From Rickettsiales bacterium (GTDB taxonomy: Bacteria > Pseudomonadota > Alphaproteobacteria > Rs-D84), in NCBI GenBank assembly GCA_031262525.1, contig JAISHM010000019.1, forward strand, positions 6,489-70,488: 64,000 nt of DNA. The letters run 5' to 3'. The position numbers and the translations under genes are program-made. The notes beneath the pieces were generated by a model. It did no database searches. It was not told where the DNA came from and was given only the letters and a program-made list of their open reading frames with translations. Shown here in pieces: positions 35,548 to 45,050 of this stretch (position 1 is the first letter of the stretch; each line of letters begins with the position of its first letter).

Positions 35548-37350
35548 ATGTTGAAAAAATTAAAAAACAAAATTGTTGAATTTTTCCGCCCCAGCGACAA
35601 AGATATCCAAATAAAGTGGTCTTTGTATTGGCGTGTCTGGCGCGAAATTGGATTGCCATATTGGAAATGGTTGCTGGTTGGTGTTATTTTTACGATTATT
35701 GCCGCCAGTGCCGAGGGGTATTCAATCACCCTGGTAAAACAAATTATTGACCGGGCGTTGGGCGACCGCAGTATGACACAACTTTATTTTTATGCGGCCC
35801 TGGTTGTTGGTGCGTTTTCGTTAAAAGGGATATTTAACTATGCAAAAAGTTTGGTTATGAGTAAGGCCGGATTATTATCATCAGCGGCATTAAAAAATAA
35901 AATTCATCGTCATATGATGCGTATGGATATTACAAAATTTTATGGTGGCGGAATTGGGCGTCATCTAAATTATTTCAGTGTCCAGGCAACCACGGTTTTG
36001 GCATTGGTTACATCTTCGGTGGTCCAGTTGGTGCAAAACATTGCGACAATGATAATCACATTGGGGATTATGATTTATTTTGCGCCTTGGTTATGTCTGA
36101 TATTATTGGTGTTGGCACCTGGGGTTATTATACCGATTATTTTAATCACGCGTAAAAAGCGTAAATTATCGCGTCAATCATTTGGTATTGCGAATGATGT
36201 TACCCAGCAGTTAAATCAGTCATTACAGGGTATGAAGACAATTCAAGCGTTCGGCAATGAAGATGTAGAGTCTGATAGATTTGCAAAAGTATTAGATGTT
36301 TCTAATTGTAATGCATATCGTATGACCCAGGCGTCATCGTTACAATCGCCATTATTGGAAATAATTATTTCTGTGGGGTTGGGATTGGCAATGATTATTG
36401 GGGGATATTTTATTATCAGCGGGCAAATGACGATTGGTGATTTTACGGCGTTCTTAATGGCGTTATTGGTTTTGTATAAACCCGCGCGCACGATGACAGA
36501 CTTGAACGGCGGAATCCAGACGGGTTTAATCGCTGCCGAGGTTTTATTTGATTACCTGGATACCGAACCCAGTATAAAAGATGCGCCGAATGCGATTGCG
36601 TTAAAACCTGGGAAAATGTCGGTTAAATTTGATAATGTTTCATTTTCTTATGTGCCGGATGATGTTGTATTATCGGGTGTCAGTCTGGATATTCCAGCAG
36701 GTTCGGTATGTGCGCTGGTTGGACCATCGGGCGGTGGCAAAACGACTATATTGAATTTACTGGAAAGATTTTACGAACCAAATCGCGGAAAAATTTTAAT
36801 CAACGGCACAGATATTAAAAAACTGACACTAAATTCTTTGCGTAAGAACATAGCAGAGGTTTCCCAAGATGTGTTTTTGTTCAATGGTTCGGTTATGGAT
36901 AATATAAAATATGGCGCGCCGAATGCGACCAAAAAACAGGTAGAGGCCGCGGCACGTGCGGCGAATGCACACAACTTTATTATGGATATGCCGAAAAAGT
37001 ATGACAACATTATCGGCGAACGCGGGCAATTGTTATCAGGTGGGCAAAAACAGAGAATTGCAATTGCGCGGGCAATTCTGAAAGATGCGCCAATTTTGTT
37101 GCTGGACGAAGCGACCAGCGCGCTGGACACGCAAAGCGAAAAACAGATTCAGGCGGCATTAAAGGGGTTGATGGTTGGGCGCACAACGATTGTTATTGCT
37201 CATAGATTATCAACTATTTTGGATGCGGACCAGATTTGTGTTATTGAAAATGGGCGGGTTGTTGAACGCGGAACTGATTCCGAATTGGTAAAACTGGACG
37301 GGCGGTATAAACAACTGCGTGATATTCAATTCAAGAAAAGTAAGAAATAA
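35548..37350 (+). CDS. ABC exporter, fused permease/ATPase (MsbA-like)
   Basis: Six predicted TM helices. Walker A 'GPSGGGKTT', signature 'LSGGQKQR' and Walker B 'ILLLDEATSALD'. Confidence 0.85.
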   Translation: MLKKLKNKIVEFFRPSDKDIQIKWSLYWRVWREIGLPYWKWLLVGVIFTIIAASAEGYSITLVKQIIDRALGDRSMTQLYFYAALVVGAFSLKGIFNYAKSLVMSKAGLLSSAALKNKIHRHMMRMDITKFYGGGIGRHLNYFSVQATTVLALVTSSVVQLVQNIATMIITLGIMIYFAPWLCLILLVLAPGVIIPIILITRKKRKLSRQSFGIANDVTQQLNQSLQGMKTIQAFGNEDVESDRFAKVLDVSNCNAYRMTQASSLQSPLLEIIISVGLGLAMIIGGYFIISGQMTIGDFTAFLMALLVLYKPARTMTDLNGGIQTGLIAAEVLFDYLDTEPSIKDAPNAIALKPGKMSVKFDNVSFSYVPDDVVLSGVSLDIPAGSVCALVGPSGGGKTTILNLLERFYEPNRGKILINGTDIKKLTLNSLRKNIAEVSQDVFLFNGSVMDNIKYGAPNATKKQVEAAARAANAHNFIMDMPKKYDNIIGERGQLLSGGQKQRIAIARAILKDAPILLLDEATSALDTQSEKQIQAALKGLMVGRTTIVIAHRLSTILDADQICVIENGRVVERGTDSELVKLDGRYKQLRDIQFKKSKK

Positions 37351-39587
37351 TGAAAGAAATTGTGGAAAATATATCTGGTCAGCAGTTGGGCGATGCGCTG
37401 AGCGAGCGTTATCTGGCGTATGCAGTATCAACGATTGTAGCGCGTGCGTTGCCCGATGTTCGTGATGGGTTAAAGCCTGTTCATCGTCGTATTTTATATT
37501 CAATGTTGCGTAATAAATTGACGCCGACCGCCGCTTTTCGTAAGTGTGCCAAGGTGGTGGGTGATGTTCTGGGTTCGTTTCATCCGCATGGGGATTCATC
37601 TGTGTATGATGCGCTGGTGCGCCTGGCCCAGGATTTTTCTGTAAGGTATCCACTGATAGACGGCCAGGGAAATTTTGGGAATATTGACGGAGACCCCCAG
37701 GCGGCATATCGTTATACCGAATCAAAAATGACGAATGCGGCGATGATGATTATGGAGGGTTTGGACGAAAATAGCGTTGATATGATGCCTAATTTTGATG
37801 GCACAACGCCAGAACCGACCGTGATGCCGGGTGCTTTTCCGAATTTACTGGCAAATGGTTCAATGGGGATTGCGGTTGGTATGGCGACGAATATACCGAC
37901 CCACAATGTGGCCGAGGTTTGTGATGCACTGACCCTGATGCTGGACAAGCCGGATGCGACAACACCGCAAATTATGAAAAAATTGGTTGGACCGGATTTT
38001 CCCACAGGCGGGGTCTTGATTGACGATTTTGATACGATTGTAAAGAATTATGAAACTGGGCGCGGGGCGTTTCGTGTGCGGGCAAAATGGGATTCCGAAG
38101 ATTTGGGGCGCGGCGCGTATCAGATTGTGATTACGGAAATTCCGTATGGGCTGGAAAAACAGAAATTAGTGGAACAAATTGCGGCAATGATTGACGCGAA
38201 AAAGTTGCCTTTGGTTGATGATATTATGGACGAATCCACGACGGATATTCGGATTGTAATTACGCCAAAAAATCGCAGTGTGCCCGCGGACAAGGTTATG
38301 TCGCATTTGTTTGCGATGACCCCATTGGAATCGCGTTTTAATATGAATTTTAATGTGATAGATTCTGTTGGTGCGCCACGGGTTATGGGAATTGGTGAAG
38401 TGTTGGGTGAATTTTTAGCACACCAAAAAAATGTTTTATTGCGTCGGACTAGTTGGCGATTGGGGAATATCGCGCGGCGATTGGAAATTCTGGGCGGATT
38501 GCTGGTTGTGTATCTGAACTTGGACAGGGTAATAGAGATTATCAGAACCGAAGATGATGCCAAGGGTGTCCTGATGGCAGAATTTAATTTGACCGAGGTC
38601 CAGGTAGAGGCAATTCTGAATACTCGTTTGCGTTCGTTGCGGAAATTGGAAGAGATGGAAATTCGGCGCGAAGATGCTGACCTGCGCGCGGAACAAAAAC
38701 AATTGCAAGATTTGCTGGCGTCGGACGAGATGCAACGCGACCAATTACGGGCGTGGTTTGCGGATATTAAAAAGCAGTATGATAAAAAAACTGCGCTGGG
38801 ACGGCGTCGGACGATTTGGGCGGCGGCGACAGATGCGGATACAGAAATCAACCTGGACGAATTTATTGAAAAAGAACCATTGACGATTATTTTATCAACC
38901 CTGGGGTGGATTCGTGCGGCGCGCGGACACCTGGATTTGGGCGCGCTGGATGTAAAGTTCAAGGAAGGCGACGAGTTGCAAACCGCGTTTCACGCGCAAA
39001 GCACGGATAAAATAAATTTATTTGTATCGGGCGGAAAAATGTTCTCGTTGGCGGCGAATACTTTGCCGGGTGCGCGTGGTTTCGGGGAAAGTCTGCGTTT
39101 AATGGCGGACATCGCGGCAGACGAAACGATTGTTTCGGCGTTTGTGCTGGATACAAATGAAAAGTATTTATTGGTTGCGCGTCATGGGACCGGATTTATT
39201 GTCAGTGGTGAAAATTGTTTGGCGCAAACACGCACAGGGAAACAGATTATGAATACAGACGCAAAAAACCCCGCAGTGCTGTGTGTGCCTGTGCCGACCG
39301 ATAACGAGTATTTGGCGATTGTAGGTTCCAATGATAAACTCTTGATATTCCCATCATCGGAAATCCCAGAATTGGCGCGTGGCAAGGGGGTCATACTGCA
39401 AAAATATAATGCGGAACGAACATACACAATGGACGCAATGTTCTTTGATAAAAAGTCGGGATTTGGTTGGACGACAGGGCGCGGGCGCACATTGGTTGAT
39501 GATTGGTCGCCGTGGGTTGGAAAACGTGCGGCCCAGGGGCAAACTATACCGGTTGGCTTTCCACGTAGTGGGAAATTTGGAAAATAA
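37350..39587 (+). CDS. parC: DNA topoisomerase IV subunit A
   Basis: 'ALPDVRDGLKPVHRRILYSM' and the active-site region 'AAYRYTESKM'. Length is 745 aa and no GyrA-box is seen. The ATG overlaps the ABC stop by 1 nt. Confidence 0.8.
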   Translation: MKEIVENISGQQLGDALSERYLAYAVSTIVARALPDVRDGLKPVHRRILYSMLRNKLTPTAAFRKCAKVVGDVLGSFHPHGDSSVYDALVRLAQDFSVRYPLIDGQGNFGNIDGDPQAAYRYTESKMTNAAMMIMEGLDENSVDMMPNFDGTTPEPTVMPGAFPNLLANGSMGIAVGMATNIPTHNVAEVCDALTLMLDKPDATTPQIMKKLVGPDFPTGGVLIDDFDTIVKNYETGRGAFRVRAKWDSEDLGRGAYQIVITEIPYGLEKQKLVEQIAAMIDAKKLPLVDDIMDESTTDIRIVITPKNRSVPADKVMSHLFAMTPLESRFNMNFNVIDSVGAPRVMGIGEVLGEFLAHQKNVLLRRTSWRLGNIARRLEILGGLLVVYLNLDRVIEIIRTEDDAKGVLMAEFNLTEVQVEAILNTRLRSLRKLEEMEIRREDADLRAEQKQLQDLLASDEMQRDQLRAWFADIKKQYDKKTALGRRRTIWAAATDADTEINLDEFIEKEPLTIILSTLGWIRAARGHLDLGALDVKFKEGDELQTAFHAQSTDKINLFVSGGKMFSLAANTLPGARGFGESLRLMADIAADETIVSAFVLDTNEKYLLVARHGTGFIVSGENCLAQTRTGKQIMNTDAKNPAVLCVPVPTDNEYLAIVGSNDKLLIFPSSEIPELARGKGVILQKYNAERTYTMDAMFFDKKSGFGWTTGRGRTLVDDWSPWVGKRAAQGQTIPVGFPRSGKFGK

Positions 39588-39589
39588 AA

Positions 39590-40441
39590 ATGGGTATTTT
39601 TACAAAAATAAAATCTTTGTTTGTGAAAAAAAGACTGGACGATGAAACATTATCGGCGATGGAAGAATCGCTGATTGCAGCGGATATTGCGCCAGAAATT
39701 GCGGCGGACGCGGTTAAAAAATTACGTGCGAAATTTCGCCCAGATAATGACACGACCGATACAGAAATTAAAAGTGCGCTGACCCAAATTTTGCGACCAA
39801 ATACAGAAAAATTGACGGCGGCGACGGACCGAGATGCAAAAATTATTTTGGTGATTGGCGTCAATGGGGCGGGAAAAACCACAACTATTGGAAAGTTGGC
39901 GAAAAAATGGACGGACGTGGGGAAATCGGTTGTGATTGGTGCGTGCGATACTTTCCGTGCGGCGGCGGGCGAACAATTGACCGAATGGGCGACTCGCGCG
40001 AATGCGAAATTGGTCTGTGGTGTGTCAAATGACCCAGCGGCAACGGCGTATGCAGCGATAGAGCAGGGTGCGGGCGCAGATAAGATTATTTTGGACACGG
40101 CGGGCAGGTTGCATAATCGCGCAGATTTAATGGCAGAATTGGAAAAAATGATTCGCGTGATAAAAAAAATTGCGCCGAATGGTCCCGATGAAATATGGCT
40201 GGTTTTGGACGCAATGACTGGTCAAAACGCGCTGAATCAAATAGAATTTTTTAATCGTGTTGCGCCATTGACTGGATTGGTTATAACAAAAATGGATTCT
40301 TCGTCGCGTGGCGGTTTCCTAATCAGTTATGCGGCGCGTGAAAAAAATCCATTGCCGATTGTTCGGGTCGGATACGGCGAAAAAATTGGCGACCTGCGTG
40401 AATTTGATGTTGATGAGTATCTGAAAAAATTGTTGGATTAA
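39590..40441 (+). CDS. ftsY: signal recognition particle receptor FtsY (short form, NG domain only)
   Basis: 'GVNGAGKTTTIGKLA', 'DTAGR' and 'ITKMDSSSRGG'. Confidence 0.88.
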   Translation: MGIFTKIKSLFVKKRLDDETLSAMEESLIAADIAPEIAADAVKKLRAKFRPDNDTTDTEIKSALTQILRPNTEKLTAATDRDAKIILVIGVNGAGKTTTIGKLAKKWTDVGKSVVIGACDTFRAAAGEQLTEWATRANAKLVCGVSNDPAATAYAAIEQGAGADKIILDTAGRLHNRADLMAELEKMIRVIKKIAPNGPDEIWLVLDAMTGQNALNQIEFFNRVAPLTGLVITKMDSSSRGGFLISYAAREKNPLPIVRVGYGEKIGDLREFDVDEYLKKLLD

Positions 40442-41046
40442 AACAAGATTCGCACATCACACACAGGGCGTAAATCGCGTGGCGCATCTGCAACCAATTT
40501 ATTATCTATCAGTTTATAAATTTTCTCATACGCCATTGTTGGTGTGTCCGGGTCAGAATCAGATACGCGCCATATACTTTTTATTGAAAACACGGGCGAA
40601 AAAGAAAATTGAATTTGGGCTTGGTCGCAATCCAGCCCTGGGGCGGTGGTCATATAATCTGGGGTTATGTCATAAAGTTTATCACCATCGTTCAGTTGTA
40701 TTGTATATTCCCAAAAGTCGGGTAATTTCGCGCTGGCGTATCTGGTTTTTGTAATTAAATCAAGTGCGCCGTCCCCGTTTATATCCAATGAAAATGTTTG
40801 TATTTCCATCACATTATCATCACGTGTTCCCCAATCAAAATTTTCATCAGTCGTTGGCGTGGGCAGATTGTCCGTAAAGTTTGGGTTTGTTTCGGGTGCG
40901 GGCGCGTTATTCCAATCTGTGTTTGTTTGTGTTGGATAGATATCGCCACCGCTGGCCGGAGTTGTCTTTTTTTCGGATAGGTATGACCAAAAAATTATTC
41001 CACACAAAATCAAAATACTAATGGTCAGTAAAATTATTTTTTTCAT
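40438..41046 (-). CDS. secreted/anchored hypothetical protein with FG-GAP/VCBS-like 'DINGDGALD' motif
   Basis: Start set at MKKIILLTISILILCG, behind an AAGGA Shine-Dalgarno. Last gene of a three-gene operon. Confidence 0.5.
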   Translation of the reverse strand: MKKIILLTISILILCGIIFWSYLSEKKTTPASGGDIYPTQTNTDWNNAPAPETNPNFTDNLPTPTTDENFDWGTRDDNVMEIQTFSLDINGDGALDLITKTRYASAKLPDFWEYTIQLNDGDKLYDITPDYMTTAPGLDCDQAQIQFSFSPVFSIKSIWRVSDSDPDTPTMAYEKIYKLIDNKLVADAPRDLRPVCDVRILF

Positions 41047-41047
41047 A

Positions 41048-42268
41048 TCAGTTTCCTTTTGATGCATTCAGAAATAAATCACGACGGGCGGCCTTTCTGG
41101 ATTGTGTTCCTTCACCGATATTGGTCGCATTAGCCGCGCAATTCCAATCCATTTTACGGATACAATTATCCAGTGTTCGTAAACGCGTTGCCCACCCATC
41201 ACCCCAATTATACGCGTAATCCAGGATTGCGGTTTTTGCACTGCGCGGAAATGCGTCCCAGTTTTTATATTTTTTCTTTTGGTATGAGATGCTGTTTTCT
41301 GTATAACGATTGACTTCGTTTATAATAGATTCCCGTGTTGTTTGTATATCCGCAACGCGTGTTCCGTCGGACAGGGTTCCACTGCGTATGGAATTACGAC
41401 TGGCACTGCGTACCATTGGGTCGCGCCGTGATTTCGCATCGCGTGCAAAGTTTAATATATAACTATGATATTCTCGTTTTTGACTATCGGTCAATTTACG
41501 TCCGTTTGCAAAAAAATCAAAAGGTGCGAATCGCGAATAATCTTTGACCAAACTACCAATCCCAACCGTTGGAAAGTATTTTGTGTCCAAATAAACCTGG
41601 GTCCTGTATCCTTCGTGTTTTAACAGAAAATCAGCCAATGACCCAAATGGCAATACCGCATCAACAATGGCGACAGGCTTTGGCACTGGTGCTGGTTCTG
41701 GCGTTGTTGTCTCTGTTGCTGTATTTTCGGATAACACAACGACATTTGTATTCTGGTTCGTGTTCTGTTGCCCATCGCCCGAGCCATCATCAGTCGCAAC
41801 ATTTATTTCCCCCAAGAACGCAACCGCATCATCATAATCAGAATCAGTAATATGAATTTCTTCGAATAACTGATTATCTGGACGTGCTTTTAATTTTAAT
41901 TCTGTTGCGCCAATCGCGCGTTCTATGTTCGCAGTCGGAATTCGTATTGTACGGCATCCAACATTAAATAAATCCCCACCCCACACAGCATTTATAATAA
42001 CCCGCGAACACGATAAAATCGCCATAATTAAAAATAAATTACGCAGGTTATTTACAATTTCGCCACCGGCACGCCGTATCAACGCAATACCCCAACCAAA
42101 CAATAAAATTCCCGCCATAATGGTAATAATCAACCACGCAACATCTAAAAAGTTGGATAAATCACGAACAAAGCATGTTGGGTCTTCCAGTAAAATATAA
42201 TCGGCATTTGCATTCAGGACATTAAGTCCCGAATTTTTAAGATGTAAAATCAGTTCATTCAGATTCAT
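41048..42268 (-). CDS. membrane protein: two N-terminal TM helices, linker, C-terminal GH24 (T4-lysozyme-type) domain
   Basis: TM helices at aa 43-64 and 76-97. 'HEGYRTQVYLDTKYFPTVGIG' has E219, D228 and T234, the same E-9-D-6-T spacing as T4 lysozyme E11/D20/T26. Also 'AILDYAYNWG' and 'AARRDLFLNA'. Confidence 0.6.
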   Translation of the reverse strand: MNLNELILHLKNSGLNVLNANADYILLEDPTCFVRDLSNFLDVAWLIITIMAGILLFGWGIALIRRAGGEIVNNLRNLFLIMAILSCSRVIINAVWGGDLFNVGCRTIRIPTANIERAIGATELKLKARPDNQLFEEIHITDSDYDDAVAFLGEINVATDDGSGDGQQNTNQNTNVVVLSENTATETTTPEPAPVPKPVAIVDAVLPFGSLADFLLKHEGYRTQVYLDTKYFPTVGIGSLVKDYSRFAPFDFFANGRKLTDSQKREYHSYILNFARDAKSRRDPMVRSASRNSIRSGTLSDGTRVADIQTTRESIINEVNRYTENSISYQKKKYKNWDAFPRSAKTAILDYAYNWGDGWATRLRTLDNCIRKMDWNCAANATNIGEGTQSRKAARRDLFLNASKGN

Positions 42269-43011
42269 TTCAGATTAAAAAAACTGGTCGGGGCATCGTC
42301 TTCATTTGCGGCAATTCCGGCCCATCCAAACAGGTCGCCCAAAACCCCAGTTTCATCTTTTTTTGCTTTCTTGAAAGGCAGGATATTTTTTAACGAACGC
42401 GAACGTTTTGGTTTTTCTGTTTCAATTGGGGTATCATCCATCGCAATAAATTCCGTTGCCAATTGTGTCAAGGTTGCGTCGTCGTCCAGATTCTGTGTTT
42501 CGGTTTTTCCCGCTGTGATTTTGGTGGTTTCAATTATTTTTTCTTCGGCCAGGGGTGTTAAATTATCAAAAATATCCTCTATGGTTTGGGGTGTATTTCC
42601 TGTTATATCTGGTAATTCTTCGGCCAGAGCAACACTGATTCTTTCGTTTGGGGTTTGTATTTCAATTTCAGTGATTATTTCATCTGGTTCGGGTTCTATT
42701 TCTGGCTCAATCTCTGTTTTCGTGTCTGCCAGTCCGCTGTGCAATACGGATAAAATCGGAATCACGGGCGTTGTTTTTTCTTCTGTATCAAGGGCTGTTT
42801 CATTTATAATTTCGTCTGTGTCTGCGCAACTTTCGGTTATGTAATCATCATTATTTGTGGTAATTTCTGCCAGCTCGGAATCCACTGGCACACCCAATAA
42901 AATAGTATCACCTGGTAATTCCAGCGATTCACGAACAGCATCAAATGCAGATTTTATCATTTGCCTATCCAAATTTTCACCGCCAGAAATATAAATGATT
43001 TTTGTCTTCAA
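42265..43011 (-). CDS. highly acidic hypothetical protein (248 aa)
   Basis: Asp/Glu/Thr/Ile-rich with 'EIEPEIEPEPDEIITEIEIQ' and a basic/amphipathic C-terminus. ATGA-type overlap with the next gene. Confidence 0.5.
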   Translation of the reverse strand: MKTKIIYISGGENLDRQMIKSAFDAVRESLELPGDTILLGVPVDSELAEITTNNDDYITESCADTDEIINETALDTEEKTTPVIPILSVLHSGLADTKTEIEPEIEPEPDEIITEIEIQTPNERISVALAEELPDITGNTPQTIEDIFDNLTPLAEEKIIETTKITAGKTETQNLDDDATLTQLATEFIAMDDTPIETEKPKRSRSLKNILPFKKAKKDETGVLGDLFGWAGIAANEDDAPTSFFNLK

Positions 43012-43088
43012 GTGCCCCCCCTTGCTTGCGCAGTATTATATCATATTTTAACCTTGAAAGCACATAAAAAATATCTTATGATTAGGGT

Positions 43089-43292
43089 ATGAATACAACT
43101 GAACAGATTTTGGCAGGGTTGGACGCGCTGGAATCAGCGGTTCATAAAATTTCAGATTTATCAAAGAATTCTGACGCTGTGTTAAAGTCGCGAATTGCGG
43201 ATTTAACCATGCAATTAGAAACTGAACGCGAAAAAAATATCCGTGCACAAAAACTGATAGATGCCGCGTTGGAAAAAATGGGGGCTTTGTAA
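43089..43292 (+). CDS. coiled-coil protein, ZauP/DUF4164-like (ZapA-associated)
   Basis: 67-aa heptad-rich sequence immediately upstream of zapA, as in Caulobacter-type loci. Assigned by position plus composition. Confidence 0.45.
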   Translation: MNTTEQILAGLDALESAVHKISDLSKNSDAVLKSRIADLTMQLETEREKNIRAQKLIDAALEKMGAL

Positions 43293-43293
43293 A

Positions 43294-43563
43294 ATGGCGG
43301 TTGTTGCAATTCCTATTCTGAATAAAAATTATATGATGGGTTGTGCTGATGGGCAAGAGGCGCGCTTGATTGAAATCGGAAAAATGGTTGATTGTCGCGC
43401 GCGCGCTATCCAGGAAAAAATTGGAACTTTGCCCGAGGGTTCGTTGCTGGCGACGCTATGTATTGTATTGGCAGATGAAATTATGTCTGGGAATAAAATT
43501 GACACGGATGCGGCGGAAAAAATTCTGGCGCGGATTGAACAAATAAAAGCGGGGATTGAATAA
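43294..43563 (+). CDS. zapA: cell division protein ZapA
   Basis: 'VAIPILNKNYMMGCADGQEARLIEIGKMVD...LLATLCIVLADEI'. Start trimmed to ATG 43294. Confidence 0.65.
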   Translation: MAVVAIPILNKNYMMGCADGQEARLIEIGKMVDCRARAIQEKIGTLPEGSLLATLCIVLADEIMSGNKIDTDAAEKILARIEQIKAGIE

Positions 43564-44326
43564 AATGTTGCCGTCGGTCTATGCACCAAAGGATTTTAAG
43601 AGATTACGCGCTTCGGGCGACATAATTGCGCGTTGTTTTGACTTTATTTCCCCGTATATTCGCGCGGGGGTTACAACGGGCGAAATAGATAATATGGTTG
43701 CGGAATTTTTGCGTGAAAATGGCGCGCGGTCTTCGGATTTGGGTTATATGGGTTTTCCGCGTCATTGTTGCACCAGTCGTAATGATGTAATCGTGCATGG
43801 AATTCCCCGTGATGATGAAGTTTTGCGCGATGGCGATATTATAAATATTGATTTAACGGCCGAGTACAAGGGCTTTCACGCGGACGCGTCCAGAATGTTT
43901 ATGGTTGGAAAGGTGTCTGATAAGGCGCGAAAAATAGTAAATGTATGCGCGGACGCATTGAACAGCGCGATTGCGGTTTGTGCCCCAGGGGTCCCTTTGT
44001 CGGAAATTGGAAAGACGATTCAGGCGGTGGTTGAACCGCACGGATATACAATCTCGCGCGATTTTATTGGGCATGGTATTGGCAAGGTTATGCACGATGA
44101 CCCACAGATTTATCACTGGTATGATAAAAAGTTTGATAAAATGATAATGGTTCCCGGCTTGGTCTTTACGATTGAACCAATTATTTGTGAAAAATCTAAT
44201 AAATGTAAAATAGACGATGATGGTTGGACCGCGCGTACCGCGGACGGGGGGTTGTCTGCGCAATGGGAACATACAATTGGAATCACCGAAGACGGGGCGA
44301 TAATTTTCACAGAGTTGGGGGTGTGA
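43556..44326 (+). CDS. map: type I methionine aminopeptidase
   Basis: 'VIVHGIPRDDEVLRDGDIINIDL', 'FIGHGIG' and 'FTIEP'. An alternative ATG is at 43565. Confidence 0.9.
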   Translation: MNKMLPSVYAPKDFKRLRASGDIIARCFDFISPYIRAGVTTGEIDNMVAEFLRENGARSSDLGYMGFPRHCCTSRNDVIVHGIPRDDEVLRDGDIINIDLTAEYKGFHADASRMFMVGKVSDKARKIVNVCADALNSAIAVCAPGVPLSEIGKTIQAVVEPHGYTISRDFIGHGIGKVMHDDPQIYHWYDKKFDKMIMVPGLVFTIEPIICEKSNKCKIDDDGWTARTADGGLSAQWEHTIGITEDGAIIFTELGV

Positions 44327-44327
44327 A

Positions 44328-45008
44328 TTGGAAAAACAGGCCGATGATTTCAGGAGGGGACACCGGGCGCGTTTGCGTGAAAAATTTATGGAAAATCCGC
44401 AAATAACAGACGCGGAATTATTGGAATTATTATTGACTTATGCCGTGCCACGCATAGATGTAAAGCCGATTGTGCGGGGGCTGTTGGCGCGCTTTGGCTC
44501 TTATTCTGGGGTTATATCTGCCACGCCCACGGATTTAATGAGGGTGCGTGGGGTTGGGCGCGGGATTGTAGTTTTTATTTGTGCGTTGTATTCTGGGACT
44601 TTGCGTGGGTATGTTTCGGCGATGAAAAATTCTCCTGTGTTTAACGATTGGGCGATTTTGGAAAATTATTGCAAGATGCGTTTGGCAACTAAGACAACCG
44701 AAGAATTTCATATTTTATATCTGGATAACAACAGCAGGTTGCAAGAAGACGAACTGCATGCGGCGGGTACGATTGACCATGCGGTGGCTTACCCGCGTGA
44801 GATATTAAAACGCGCGTTGGATCTGAATAGTCGGTTTGTGATTTTGGTTCATAATCATCCGAATGGATCGCCGTTATTTTCACAAGATGATATTGTTCTG
44901 ACCCGCGCAGTGATAGAGATATTAAAAACTGTTAAAATAACAATGCATGACCATTTATTGGTGGCAGGCGGACAATTGTTTTCTGCACGCGCAATGAATT
45001 TGATTTAG
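44328..45008 (+). CDS. radC: RadC-family JAB/MPN domain protein
   Basis: 'VILVHNHPNGSPLFSQDD' (JAMM motif). TTG start. Confidence 0.85.
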   Translation: MEKQADDFRRGHRARLREKFMENPQITDAELLELLLTYAVPRIDVKPIVRGLLARFGSYSGVISATPTDLMRVRGVGRGIVVFICALYSGTLRGYVSAMKNSPVFNDWAILENYCKMRLATKTTEEFHILYLDNNSRLQEDELHAAGTIDHAVAYPREILKRALDLNSRFVILVHNHPNGSPLFSQDDIVLTRAVIEILKTVKITMHDHLLVAGGQLFSARAMNLI

Positions 45009-45050
45009 GTTATATATTGTGATAATGTTATAAAACAAAGGAAAAATGAA

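Noticed and set aside
38120-38962. 280-aa ORF on the minus strand
   Set aside because: It is entirely antisense to parC, whose own translation has unmistakable topoisomerase motifs. The antisense product is low-complexity (Ser/Arg/Ile-rich). The same reasoning applies to other long antisense ORFs in the track: 5617-6099 in plsX, 10530-11027 in proS, 39544-40098 in ftsY, 57167-57745 in rph, 12601-13290 and neighbours in the 910-aa gene, and 42371-42844 in the acidic-protein gene.
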